From positions 64,294,001 through 64,358,000 of the forward strand of contig CM060731.1 in the NCBI GenBank assembly GCA_030704615.1: a stretch of DNA of 64,000 nucleotides. Direction: 5' to 3'. Positions 38,801-51,349 of this stretch are shown here, one piece after another. Under the pieces are notes generated by a model, which worked only from the letters and a program-made list of their open reading frames with translations, did no database searches and was not told where the DNA came from. Every line of letters starts with the position of its first letter. The stretch's first letter is position 1. A program made the translations under genes and the position numbers. Source of the DNA: Takakia lepidozioides. Lineage: Eukaryota; Plantae; Bryophyta.

Positions 38801-39620
38801 CGGATGAAGTTCTCCGCTCATCCTCCAATTTCCTTGAATAAACCTTTTTAAAATAGGTCACCGTGAGTGCTCCTCGCCTCGTAATTCGGTGCTGCTACAA
38901 ACCTTAACCGAAAATTCCCAAATTTTGTGAGTAGTTTAGGTAAGGCCCTCTTGACGTCCCGGTAAATCCTCGGGCTAATCAAAGCCTTTTAACTCTATTT
39001 TGTCGACGTACTCTTTGCGTTTCGTCGCTCCAAAAGACGACAACTTCCGTGGAGTATCAAACTTGGTGGTGCTTCTCCGGATCTTCGACCCTGCCACTGA
39101 CTCTCCGACTGCGGGAGGCATCTCCTTCTCAAAATGTTTCCACTTTTTCTAGTTTTGGCACCATAATGCCGAAATTGCCTTCATAATGAGTAAAAACCAT
39201 CTAAAAATAAATATGTGCCTAAATATGCATCTACACAGGCAGAGCCCTTGTGGTTAATCAGGTCCCTTCTGCTTTCCTTTGGTTCATTGCTTCTATTTGA
39301 AACCCTGGCTCCACTCTCATTCGTCGTATCAAATCTCTTATTCGAAACTTCCTTTGGGGTGCCAATGATGCTTCATCATCCAAAAGAGCATTGGTGTCCT
39401 GGGCTCAACTCTGTAGCAACAAAAATGAAGGTGGGTTGGGGATACTGGATCTGGAAAGGAAAATTAGAGCTTTGATTGACAAATGGGTTCCGCGGTCATT
39501 CCTCCCCCTTGCAGGCCACTGGAAATTCTTGTTGTGGAGGCACATTTCGAATGCTATCCCTGCTTCCAGCCAGTTTTGGAGCCCGAGCCTGAGATGGCTA
39601 GTTCAAGGTGGGACTGGCTA
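35815..39620 (+). mobile_element. 5'-truncated L1 ORF2 fragment split by an LTR insertion
   Basis: PLSSFLF, SMDVNDTVLYL (degenerate YADD), SGFRVNWGKS, QLSLAG|RALVVNQV across the insertion, IRNFLWG, VSWAQLCSNKNEGGLGILDL...ALIDKW. Confidence 0.85.
36268..39235. mobile_element. Solo LTR (2968 bp)
   Basis: TG...CA termini (TGACAAG... / ...ATGCATCTACA), perfect TSD CAGGC at 36263-36267 and 39236-39240, no recognisable coding domains. Confidence 0.85.
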
Positions 39621-40999
39621 CTTCCCCGCTTTAGCGCCCAAACTCTTAGAGGAGAAGAGAATCTCCCCCGGGTAGAGAAATTTGGTGGAGATGGGGGGCA
39701 TTCTAAACTAACGTGCCTGGCGGTGTTTTGGCGGCAGGGCTTCGTAGGTTTGGCAGGTCGTACGTATTAAAGATCTAGTGCAATGGCGGCGTTCATCATG
39801 CTATACTCTCTATTCACCCGTCACCTTGTAGATCTCGTTTTGGTCGTGTTTTGTTGTGCAGTGAGCGAGTGCGATGGCGGCTTCCAGCTCGCATGACATC
39901 CAAATGTCAGGCTCATCCAAGTACACGATGATCACCCAAAACATCCCGCGTTTGGCATAAGCCAGCCGCTTTTTATATTAAGGAAAGGGCTAATCTGGAA
40001 TGGCAAATGGTGGCCTCTTATTGGCTGTCAGGATTTCCTTAAGTTTCTCCCACACATCAGCAGCCACCCTGTCAGATTAGGTTACTGTTGGAATGAGACA
40101 AGGGCCTTGGCTAACTTTAGGCACATTTAATCAGCCATACCAACCACCCTACTTTTCATCCAGCTTACGAACAGAAGAGAATTTGCAATAGGTGAAATAC
40201 TTCATCTTACAATGTGCACATCTGCAGAAACCAGTGTGTGAAGTGTAGGTTTATGCAAAAATGTGATATTTTCAGTTCCTCCAGTGCGTCGCCATCAAAG
40301 TGATGGGACATTTCTGCATTTTGCATCATTGTGGTGCCCCATTTTTGCCGAGAGTCGCTGAGCAAGGAAGTTCACCGGAGATTTGGAGCTGAACGTAGCT
40401 TTTCCTTTGTTCCTTGGCTGTTTTTGGATACTCCTCGAGCGTTTTTGGATACTACTACATTTATTGCTAGACATGCGTGGAATTGAAGAGATTGAGTGAG
40501 GAGGGGAGATAGGGGCTATGTTGAGCCTACAAAGTTTGTCACTGCCTGAAGAGTGAAGGTGAGAGTGTGGGGTAGAGATAGAGAGAAGGCAGAGGCTAAG
40601 GGGTTGTGAGTGAAGCGGTAGAATATCTATAAAGAGAGAAATTGTTTGTGGACTAGCTGTGAAGGCGCCAATGAGATAACCACTCTTGATTGTGCCGTTA
40701 GAGTGACACCGAATCAGACATGTGTTGGCTGCGGGCTGGGGCCATGACGGTGGAGGTTTTACACGCGTGCGTAGGAGGTCATTATGTAGTTCATAGCAGA
40801 GTGGGGATGGGGTGACAGTGTCATGTTGTGCAGGGGCTGAAAAGAACGGCAGAGGTATGCTCTGAGCGTAGGGTGATTTGATGAGGAAGGGCAGGAGCAT
40901 TCGGTGCAGAGGAGAGAGCGTCTGGGTAAGTGAATGTTTTTGGCAGATCATGTTTATGGGGCCTGCTGCACCGTTTACCTGGCCGTTGGTGATTATGGT

Positions 41000-41800
41000 G
41001 TGGCAGGGAGGTAAATTAAATGTCGTTGCATGGAGCATTGGTGTGGAATCTGAGAGCTCGTAATTAATGGTGTGTGGCTGCTGTGGAGGAGAATCATGAT
41101 ATGAGATGAACGAGGTGAAGTGATGTGGTGGTGGCCTAGATTGGGAAAGTGGGGTATAAGGGTCAAGAGGTCATAGAAAATACGATGAAGGGTGGCTTTA
41201 GTGTTAACTGTTTTTTTTTTATCAAAAACCAGAGAACACCTAGCCTTGCAAATATGCCAGAGGGAGAGAGCCCTGAGGTTATTCCACACTTGGAATGAGT
41301 GCCAAGAGCCAGAGTTATGGGAATTAAGCAGCAATACAAGAGGGTTTTCGCAATCAAACCTTCTCCAGTGGCTATAAAGCGACTAGATTTTCTTCCAAAC
41401 TTGTTTAGCAAAGACACATAATACTAAACGGTGCTCCAGAGTTTCAACCAATTAGTTTGAGCAGGCAAGACACATATCAGCAGGGGGAGGTTGGGAGGAA
41501 GAGAATGGAAGGATTGTATTGCAGAGTCTCCATAGGAAGGCTGAAAGCTTATGTTTGAGCCAAACATCTGTCCATACACTTTCCATGCCCCCGACAGAAC
41601 TGCAAGATGAACCCACTTCCTGGAGAGCTTGAAATCAGTAGCCAATAGAGGGCACTGCATTTTGTAACCAAGTTTAGCTGAGTAAGTGAAGAAGGGTTTA
41701 GTAGAATCGTTGATACTACTCCTTTAAGAAAACCCAAACATTCCAAATTGCTTGCCAGGCTACAGAATCCCCGCACAACAAGCGCTCCTCCAGTGCATTC
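41000..41800 (-). mobile_element. L1 ORF2 C-terminal fragment
   Basis: WHSFQVWNNLRALSLWHICKARCSLVFDKK and upstream remnants of the zinc-binding region. Confidence 0.65.
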
Positions 41801-41914
41801 AACAGCGAGGCTGGAAGCACCCACTCTGATCCCAAAAAATCACGGGGATTTCTTTCGTCAGATCCAGCTCCATGCTTAGAAATTTCAAGCTCGCCAGGAG
41901 GGCCACACTTATGG

Positions 41915-43225
41915 ATGGGTTATCACACACTTGAACAACACACACACAATACTGAACTTCCATTTGTCATGGAGAAACGCACTACAAGAGAACTTGAGTT
42001 GCTTGGGCTCTGCCCATTTGAGATCTACGAACTGCGACATGGCCTCAAGGCCTACCTGCATGTACCCCAACTATTTTTTCCTACAGCTCGACCGGATGGT
42101 CGCGAAGGCCAACTCTACCAGCTTACTCAACTGCCAAAAGGCACCATCGTCGACCCTGTCTCTAGACTCTCCGCGACGCCCTACCACATACTGATCAGGT
42201 TTGACAAAGAGACCGACATGCCCAAAGAACAGCTGTCTATAGGGCTAAGAAGCATTTTGCAGCGATGAACATTCCACTAGGTACTACGTTGTATTCGCCC
42301 ATTATGGCCCACTCCAAACATGCCAGCAAGCACTGGACTGGCATCTTCAAGGTCGAGTTGCTACATCCAGCCATGGACGGCATCGCTCTCTTGAAAGGCG
42401 ACCGAGCCTTCGTCATAGAGATGTCATCTGGCATACCAATGCAGGGTAAGGTGGAAAAAACATTCGATTTACAATCGACAATGGAACATCTCTCTTTATA
42501 CATGACAAGCGAAAGCCTACACGGAACTATCAGCCACAAGCTTACAATGCATCTCATCATGTAAGCTCACGCTCATGGTGATGAGTACGAGATCCTCTAC
42601 ACTCACAATACAGGGCCAGAGTCCAAATTCTGTTTCATATATGTCACTTCCGAGGACACCAAACAAAGGATGTTGACACAGGGCATCCGATTCGGGCGCA
42701 CGCTGATCAGACCACAGCTGCAAATTCGGCGAACTAGCATGACGGGTTTAACAGCTACCCCACAGGAAATCGTGGCAGAGAGAAACGCGCTTACTCTCAT
42801 TGTGAAAAATCTCAACCAACTGCATCCACAGGCAGCTATCGAGGTACACTCTAACTTTGGAAAAGACAAACATCACACAAATCTATTTTTGTTCGGTTGT
42901 TCCTGAAGAGAAGATCAAGCACACTGGCATGATCTTGATTACGTGCAAAAACCCCAGTGTCTACACACAGTGGGTCAACAAACCGCATGTGTTGGTCATC
43001 GACCGCTACATCAACTTCGAGCCACATAACAACAGTATGAACGGAGCTGTACCACCGACAAAGGAAATTCTCGACAGGCTTCGGGTGGCGAACATCAACC
43101 AGGCGCTAGCCGACACGGTGAACTCAATTGCAATCAAACCAGACTCGGGATCTTCTCGTGGTCACGAAGCTATGATGTCTGAAATAGACAAAAAACTAGC
43201 TGCTCATGCCATGCCATATCGATAA
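41915..43225 (+). pseudogene. Putative ORF1 of the LINE, with RRM-like segments (frameshifted)
   Basis: Four consecutive overlapping plus-strand ORFs; LTLIVKNLN...FG...HTGMILITCK...WVNK...YINFEPH resembles an RRM fold. Confidence 0.55.
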
Positions 43226-43860
43226 GAAAGGCTAGATGGGAAGGATCTCTTCCTAGAGGAGCCTCACAGGTGGGCCAATCAAATCACATGCAGGGGCAAC
43301 GTCTGCCCTTGCATATTCCCTTCTCATCCCCCCAATCGCCATCTCATCCATCCACCGTACCCTCTTTCCGTCCAGCCACCCACATCCATCCACCCAAATG
43401 ATATTTCTTGTACCACTGACACATGTATATACCGCCCCTAATACGATGCCCATTATACATTCCATATACTCTGCCTCCATACCGCAATAATTACCCCCTA
43501 GTCACATCTACATACGTCCCCATGCCACTAGTTGTTACTTGCACCCACTATTCTGGGAACCCCTTATTAACGGATGGATGAACAAACTTCATCCAAAACC
43601 CCTACCCACAATCCGCATCATCCTCTCCTCTAGGCACCCATATACATCCCCTTTCCCAAGGTATACTCAATATACCCCTCCTATTCTCTCCACCCATGCA
43701 AGTTACTCTACCCCGTTCTCTACCCATCAATTCTCTGAACACATAACCCCCACTCCCTCCACCTACCCTCACACTCTTACACAGTTTCGCCATACCCATC
43801 AGCCCCCTCTCATTACCCATAGCCCACACGGCCGATACCCACTACACCTAAGGAAGGTCC

Positions 43861-46800
43861 AAACACTACCACCATCATCCCCCCTCCCCCGATAACTCCT
43901 ACACAGACACCTGCTCTAACCTCATCCTATTACGATGCGGAGACATACAGCCAAACCCGGGCCCTACCACCATTAACGATATTATCAGAGAACTCCCCAT
44001 AGACGCACAAGACAGATACGTTATATACTTCCAACCAGACACCGTGTTGCTCAGGCACAGCTATCGACACATTGTCGACCATTTCACCCCATTTTTCCCA
44101 TGCGACCAACCCACTAACCACACACAATACATCACAACATTTGGACTACCGTCCAGCTGCTACCCGACACTCTCTAAAACCCTCTTAAGACTCAAATCCT
44201 TCCCCGCGCCACATCTCCTATTCTCCATTATCATCCTCATTTCCTTTCTCCTAGAGACCTGTAATGGCTACCTATTCTCCCACTCAGCCCCCCCAGATCC
44301 GCTCCCTCCTTCACCAATTATAAAGATTACCTCCGCGTTCCCACAACTACCTGGCCGCTCCACACTTCCTATCCACAATCCACACCTCCCTTAACCTTTT
44401 GAACTCCAAACCCGGAGTAGTGCATAAAATCCTCGGGGACCACCTCGCCTCAGTGGCCACGCCCGACCTAGACCAACGTCGCATCACCAATCAATCCCCC
44501 TTCCTCTCCAGTGATATCCTCTCTGCCACACTTCAAGCAGTCTACACCCTGATACCCGGTTACGATCCCCCAGCCACCGCCATTACTGAGGAACCCTCAC
44601 TTGCCCCCTCTCCCAACCGCGCCCTCCCTATTCTCGGCGACTGCCCCAACACACTAAAGATCACCTCTTGGAACGTGGGCTCACTAGCCACTAACATACA
44701 AAGCCTACTCCATCTCTTCACCCACTCTTCGCAACCACATATCTTCCTACCACAAGAAACCAAACTACGTACTCACAATACTAGCAGCTCCTACATAAAT
44801 AAATTGCTATCCGATTACTTCCTCTTATATGGCACCCCCCTAACGGCCCAGCAGTGTCTCTCACGCCACTCTGCACCATACAAACCCACTAGGGGTGGAG
44901 TAGCACTTGGAATTCTTAAGACACATCACTCCCCTAGTACCACCACCAAAATTGCCATACCTATCCCCCTTCGTTCGCACCTTCAAATTATCCACCTACA
45001 CCCACCAGCATTATGCCCTATCACCCTCATCCATCTATATATGCCCTCACATACCAACGACCTCCCCCTCATACCTAATATATTAAACATTATTTCCCAC
45101 ACAGTCACCCACCCAAATAACCAACACTGCCATGTCATACTAGCTGGCGACTTCAACAGAGACATTGCACTACAAGGACACGCATACAACGGAACTCACA
45201 AACCTCCATCCCCAGCCGACCACGAATGGGCTCGATTCACCAACCTATTACAGCTCAAATACATTCCCGCGAACTGCCACTACTCTAGGCAAGGGGGTCT
45301 TAACTACTCCTCCTTAAGCCTTCTTGATGGTTTCTACCTCAAATCGTTAATACAATTCTGTCATATCTCCTAAGCCACGTCCACATCAATAGCTTATGTA
45401 ACTCGGACCACTACCCGATAACCGTGTACCTCCCCCCCTCCCTCCCTCATTCCCTTTCGACCCCTCCCAGATGTACATACCCCCTCACCCCAGCCTAGAA
45501 TCCTCTCCCCCATGCCTCAATGTAACATCAAAGCTTTCCAAAAACATTATCACCCTGCCTCTTCAAATCTTATACACAAGATCTCTCACATACTTACCGA
45601 TACTAACCTACATTCTTCCCTTGATGCCACCTGGATCGAAGCTGAGTCCATACTCGCATCTACAAATACAAGAAATGACTAAGAGTGTTTTACCCACATG
45701 TTCCGCCCCTCCCGACCTCCCCCAAACCACTCGATCGAAACAAAACGGGGGTTACCTCACCCGGACCCAGAAACGTGAATGGATCTCCCACCTCAACATC
45801 TACCATACCATACGCCGGGCTCTTACTATGATACCTCCTTCCTATAATAACTGGAGAACCGACCCCCGCATCACCTGTTTGAACACTCTCCCCACATGCC
45901 AATCTATTATGCCCCCACCTGAGGACCCACCTTTTCTTCCCCAATGGACCGCCTCCCTCTCCAATCTTGGATGGAAAGCCAAAAAAGCTGCTTATATTAT
46001 CACAAAACAAAAAGCCTCCGCCAACCATAAAAAAATTGTCGCCTCTTTTGGCCAACTGCTCCATGAACACCCTAAACGGGCCCACAAAGCCGTCAATCAA
46101 CCCACCCATCGACTGCCTTAGACACAGGCTAAGCCACCTATTAACGAAACCCGCCGACATCAACACAGAAATCTGGCTCCAGGCCTCGTCTTCCTATACA
46201 CCTAACGTTACCAACTGTCTTCACCCCACCCACCGCGCACCCAATTGCATCTGTAAAGTCAAACACTACCCATGGCACGATCTCGACGGTTTCTCACTGG
46301 GAAAGCGAGGCTCCCCCACTGACCGTATCCTTGATCTCTTCACGACTGACTTATATGAATCATGCCTAAAAACTCTCTCCAAAGCTAGGGCCCCGGGCCC
46401 AGATCTCATTCCCAATGCCATACTTCAAGCACTTGACCCCCAATTTCATGTTCTTCTATTTAAATTCCTTCACCTATGCTACCGACTACATCGTATACCA
46501 CAATCCTGGAAGCATAGCCGGACCATCCTACTATTTTAAAAAGGCGACCCCACGGACCTTAGTAACTACACGCCCATAGCCCTTGCAAACACCATATACA
46601 AACTATTCACCAGCACACTAACTGTGATGTTATCCTCCTATGGCGAACAACACCGTATTTTAAGCAACCCGCAGGAAGGCTTTCGAGCAACACGTAGCAC
46701 TACCCGGCAAATACAATACGTTATCTCTGCCCTCGAAGACGCTAAACTTACTAAACAAGATATCTATCTTCTCTATATTGACTTCCAAAATGCCTTCGGT

Positions 46801-49800
46801 TCACTGGACCATCCCCGCCTGTTGGCCATTATGACAGATCTTAGATACCCTATAGATGCTATCCAACTCATTAGTAATATCTACACCAACAGCACCACCG
46901 AATACTCCGGCTCCTACTATGCATCCACCCCACCTATCCCCATATTACGTGGTACCATCCAAGGGGATACACTTAGTCCTTACCTATTTATCATTTTCAT
47001 TGAACCCTTGCTAAGATGGCTCGCCCGAGGCAACCTAGGATACCAATACAAAACATCCTTCAATGAAATCTCTTTAGCAGCTTATGCGGACGACCTTGCC
47101 ATCATTGCACACAAACCGCAACATCTCAATCGCCAAGTTGACAAATTATCCCGCTTCAATCAATGGTCTGGTATGGAGTTAAGCCTTCATAAGTGCGCGG
47201 TCACTGCAGCCACACACCGTAGCAAACTCACAAAATCCACGATAGCCTCCCATTGTAAGCTCCATATACACTACCAACAAAAACCCTTCCCGTTCTTAGG
47301 CCCGGACGAACCCTACACTTATCTGGGGATACAATTGGTCCCGTCACTCACTTGGCATATACAGAGGGACGCAACCCTTTCCAAACTAAAAAACAAGAGT
47401 CTTGCATTACTCAAAGTCTCCATCCGCCCTAAACTAGCCATAATCCAGTCAGTTCTCAAACCACAAGTCCAATACACCTTCCACGCAGCCCCCTTCTCTT
47501 TACCAGACATCAAGCAGCTTGACCAACAAATTATCCAACTCACCAAACGAATATGTGGCCTACCCACTAGCACCCCGAATGCCCTCACTCAGCTCCCCCA
47601 AGATAGCTACGGTATAGGCTCCAACCCTTTAATTATTTCCTATGCCCGCACTCTGGGGTCACAACTTTCTAGAAGCCCTCAACGATCCTGGCCGCCTCAG
47701 ACTGATTTTTAGTGGGCTCCTTAAACACCTGGCCTCTAGATATAATGGACTATACTCTCTCCCCACCCTCCACCCCCAACCCTATCTCCACTCCCCCACT
47801 GTCCGCTCGCTGTTCATCCTACGCCAAATGAGAATCAGCATACAAACCGACCTCCTTGGCTACCCCAACTCTATATCGCCACTTGAACGTGCCTGGCTCA
47901 ATAGTCCATTCTCCTCACAATTTGGCAACTCGCGTCCCTGTCAAAGGAAATCTATCCTTGTCTACTTCAAAACTCGTCACTCATCTTGCCCAACTCACTA
48001 CAGCTACTGGGAATAGGCTCTTCACCCCGTGCCAATTTACCCTAAAACACTCCCGGGCTACTATCAAAACCCGTCGATATTTGTTACACCTCCGCACCTT
48101 TTTTTGTCACCCGACCGCTGCTTGTACCATTGATTGTGACCTCCCGTGTTCACTCTTCCCACACCACAAACAAGACCTCATTCCACAATTTCGTAAAGCC
48201 CCTGCCACCTCAATTCTCCAGCAGCTTAAAGCCACCCGGAACACTCGTACTCGCCCCCCACCCGACTCCCCTTCTTACCCTCCACCCATCCTATCACCTC
48301 CCTCCCCCAATACCGCAACAACCCAACCCCCGTACCCCCTCCTTAGCCCCTTTTTATCTGCGACCCCTCCGACTGTCCCTCACCTAACCAACCCTGATCA
48401 CCCCGATGCCTTCGTTATTGAAGCTATCCTCGGTATCAAAACCCTAACCTCGCTAGACTCATTCGGCGCCACCTATGTAGATACCTACTATCTCTGTAAA
48501 TGGGCAGGATTCCCTACAGAAGATAATACCTGACAAATCGAAGACGACCTTTTTGGGAACCACGAAGACTGTGACCCAGCCCATAACCGTGATCTTCTCA
48601 CCAGTTTCCACAAAACAACTAACACCAACTTTCTGGCACACACCCACCAATATCATGTCTCCCAAACCCAGTTGATAGATGCACGCTACATTCGTAATCC
48701 CCTCATCGCAACTAATATTCATATACAAAATTCTGAATGCAACCCCGACAAAAATATTGAGCAAACCTCCCCCATCATATGTCCTAGTCGCATAGCGTCC
48801 AACATCTACACATTTAATGGCCGCTTCGCCGGCTCTATCCCTCATATTAGGCTCGCCTGGCTCTGGAACATATATACCGCCTCCACCACCACCACTAGCC
48901 AGTTACAATCCCCAAAGCAAGACTTCGCCACTGAAGTATGTTGGCTTCTCGACAGATACCTAAGTGACACCCCCACCAAAAAACCGTGCTCCCCCGACAA
49001 ACTAGCTCAAATCTATACCCACACACACTATCCCTCCGGACATCCTCAAATTTCTCATCACCGCATTCCAACTTACCCACTCATATTACTCAAGTCCACT
49101 CACGTGCCCCCTTGACCTCTCCTCCTATGACAGCCTGCCCCCCCAAGACTGTGTATTCGGAGCCCTCGGTTCAGCCACTCAACACACTTGGTCCAGTGGC
49201 GGCCTGACACATCCGCCACCGGGGCCCCTTGCACACGAAGCTCTTCAATGGGCACGCTTTGCCGCTCATTCCTCCCCTACCACATCCACTATCCTCATTC
49301 TCACACAACAACGCCTACCTGACCACCAACACCCCCTTCTACAACTTCCCCTAGAGGTGACACCATTAGCTGTCATCGAACCCAACCATCTCCGCTATAC
49401 GCACAGTTTGCCCTTTCCTAAATACCTCCGCCACAAGGAACCCATTGTAACCCTACTCCTGCTTGTCCAAGCTACCTCCCGTACCCCTATACCCCTAGAC
49501 ATTTCCACTCGCCTCACTCATCTCCTATCCGTTACCCATGGCATGTTACTCACTACCTACCCGTCTCTAGACTCACATAGCTCTCCTGCCAGACCATCCT
49601 CCAGGACAAAACCTAGCAAAGCCTGGGCCAGTACACCCCCTCGCCCCGTTACCCTTCACAATACTATCTCCCATGAAGCCCCTCCGGTCTACCTGGGGGT
49701 TACTTCCCCCAAATACCCCCCACTCCATTCACACTACACTGACGGCTCTTACTCTGGCTCCCATGCCGGGTACGGTGTATACCATGCCGCCACTAACACA

Positions 49801-51132
49801 GGGACTGCCCACCGACTCCCGGGCCTTGCAACCATACTTCGGGCCGAACTCATGGCTATTTATGAAGTTATTTCACAGTTAGCCTCGTTCCCACCACCAT
49901 ACTACATTTTCACGGATAGCCTAAACTCACTCTTTATACTCTGTAACCACCTTGCCTGTCCTTCCTCCCACCTCCACCACCCTGATAGAAGCCTTATCTC
50001 TGCAATTATCAAACTCGCTATCTCCATTAATAAAACCATTCATTTTCTCAAAGTTCGATCCCACACGGGCATCCTCGGCAACGAGGAGGCAGACCTCCTC
50101 GCCCAACTGGGGGCCTCCAAACCCCTAGTTGAACCTTCGGCAGACCCCATCCACATCGCACATGCACACCCCTTTTGGCTGCTTCACCCGGTACTCGACC
50201 CATTAGAACCCCGACCAATCCGGAACCTTCTTTCTACTCTGACTAAAGAAGCTAGCAAACAAGCCTCGGCTTCTCTTAGCCATACCAAACTACATATCCA
50301 AAAGTGGACCCAATCCACTGTACTCCACCACAAACTATCAAACCACTTTTGGCACACTAAAGCCGTATCTGATGCTCAAGTATGACAGACCCTCAAATTC
50401 GGATATGCCCAATACATGGGTCATCAGCGCAAGCATACCTTCTGGCCCACCAGCTTCCTTCCCCCGCACTACCCACTTTGTTCCCACATCCACGCGACCC
50501 GCGATATCTGGCTCCATCTTCTCAATAAATGTCCCCACCCCGTCATCCACGGACTCCGTATTGCTCGACATAACCACGCAGTATGGCATATCCATAAACT
50601 CCTCCTCAAATGTAATGTCACTCGATGGTTCTCACTCATCAATGCAGGCACCTATCAAGGCCGACCCCCGGACCATACAGTACCACCTTGGCTGCTTTCC
50701 TGTAATTGCAGTCCTCACTCACCCTGCAAATGCCCTGCCCGACTCTGCCCGGATATCCTTCTAGTCCAGGGACTTCCCACTAACGCTCTCCCACCCACTG
50801 AACCGTCCCCTGCTTACACCATCCATTTCATAGAATTTACATATTGCCACGACTGCTTCCCCAGCTCCTCTATCCTCGAAAAACGCCAAAAATATGCACC
50901 GCTTATCCTTGCTATTCGCAGGCGAGGATGGACCATAGGCCCCCTTACTGTCATTTTTGCTAAAGGGGGCATCCATAATGCCAGCATCTCCGCACTCCAA
51001 GACAACTTTAAACTTCCTCTCATTTCCATCCATAAATGCTTTAAAGCTATATACCTCACGGCGCTCCGCTCTTTTACCGCTATCATGGCCAACAAACGTC
51101 AGCTTGAATCTATTCCCCCTCTTGCCCCCTAG
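43861..51132 (+). pseudogene. LINE ORF2 polyprotein: 2A-like, APE, RT, chromodomain, PCIF1-like MTase fold, RNase H, Zn-knuckle, RLE
   Basis: APE: ITSWNV, QETK, GGVA, LAGDFN, SDHYP. RT: PIALANTIYKLF, QEGFR, YIDFQNAF, GTIQGDTLSPYLF, AYADDL, YLGI. RNase H: YTDGS, RAELMAI, IFTDS, KVRSHTGILGNEEADLLA. RLE: RHNHAV, PDILLV, IEFTY, KRQKY. Multiple stops and frameshifts. Confidence 0.9.
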
Positions 51133-51349
51133 GTATTCCAGTCGCCTTTAGGTACCCGTGGGTCCCCTTGGGTACCACGTGGTACCCTTGGCTCGGGTTT
51201 CTCTCCATCAGCCGGTCATTTGGTGTCCCCTGGGCACCAGCATTTCACATAGGGCCCACCCCTGAAAAGGGCAGTAGCTGCAAGGCGAAGCGGCTCTTAG
51301 TTACGCCGGCTTCGGCCGGAGTCTTCTCTCTCTCTCTCTCTCTGACCTC

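Larger units (their letters stand above)
41830..51343 (+). mobile_element. Dual-endonuclease non-LTR retrotransposon (Dualen/RandI-type), defective copy
   Basis: Encodes both an APE and a C-terminal restriction-like endonuclease with RT and RNase H. Structured 3' UTR ending in (TC)n at 51325-51343. 5' end approximate, TSD not found. Confidence 0.85.

Noticed and set aside
40295-41038. 247-aa ORF possibly an RNase H-like extension of the adjacent L1
   Set aside because: Catalytic residues not convincingly identifiable.
51258-51300. Hammerhead ribozyme in the LINE 3' UTR (CTGAAAAG...CGAAG)
   Set aside because: The core deviates from CUGANGA/GAAA and is better explained as a GNRA hairpin.
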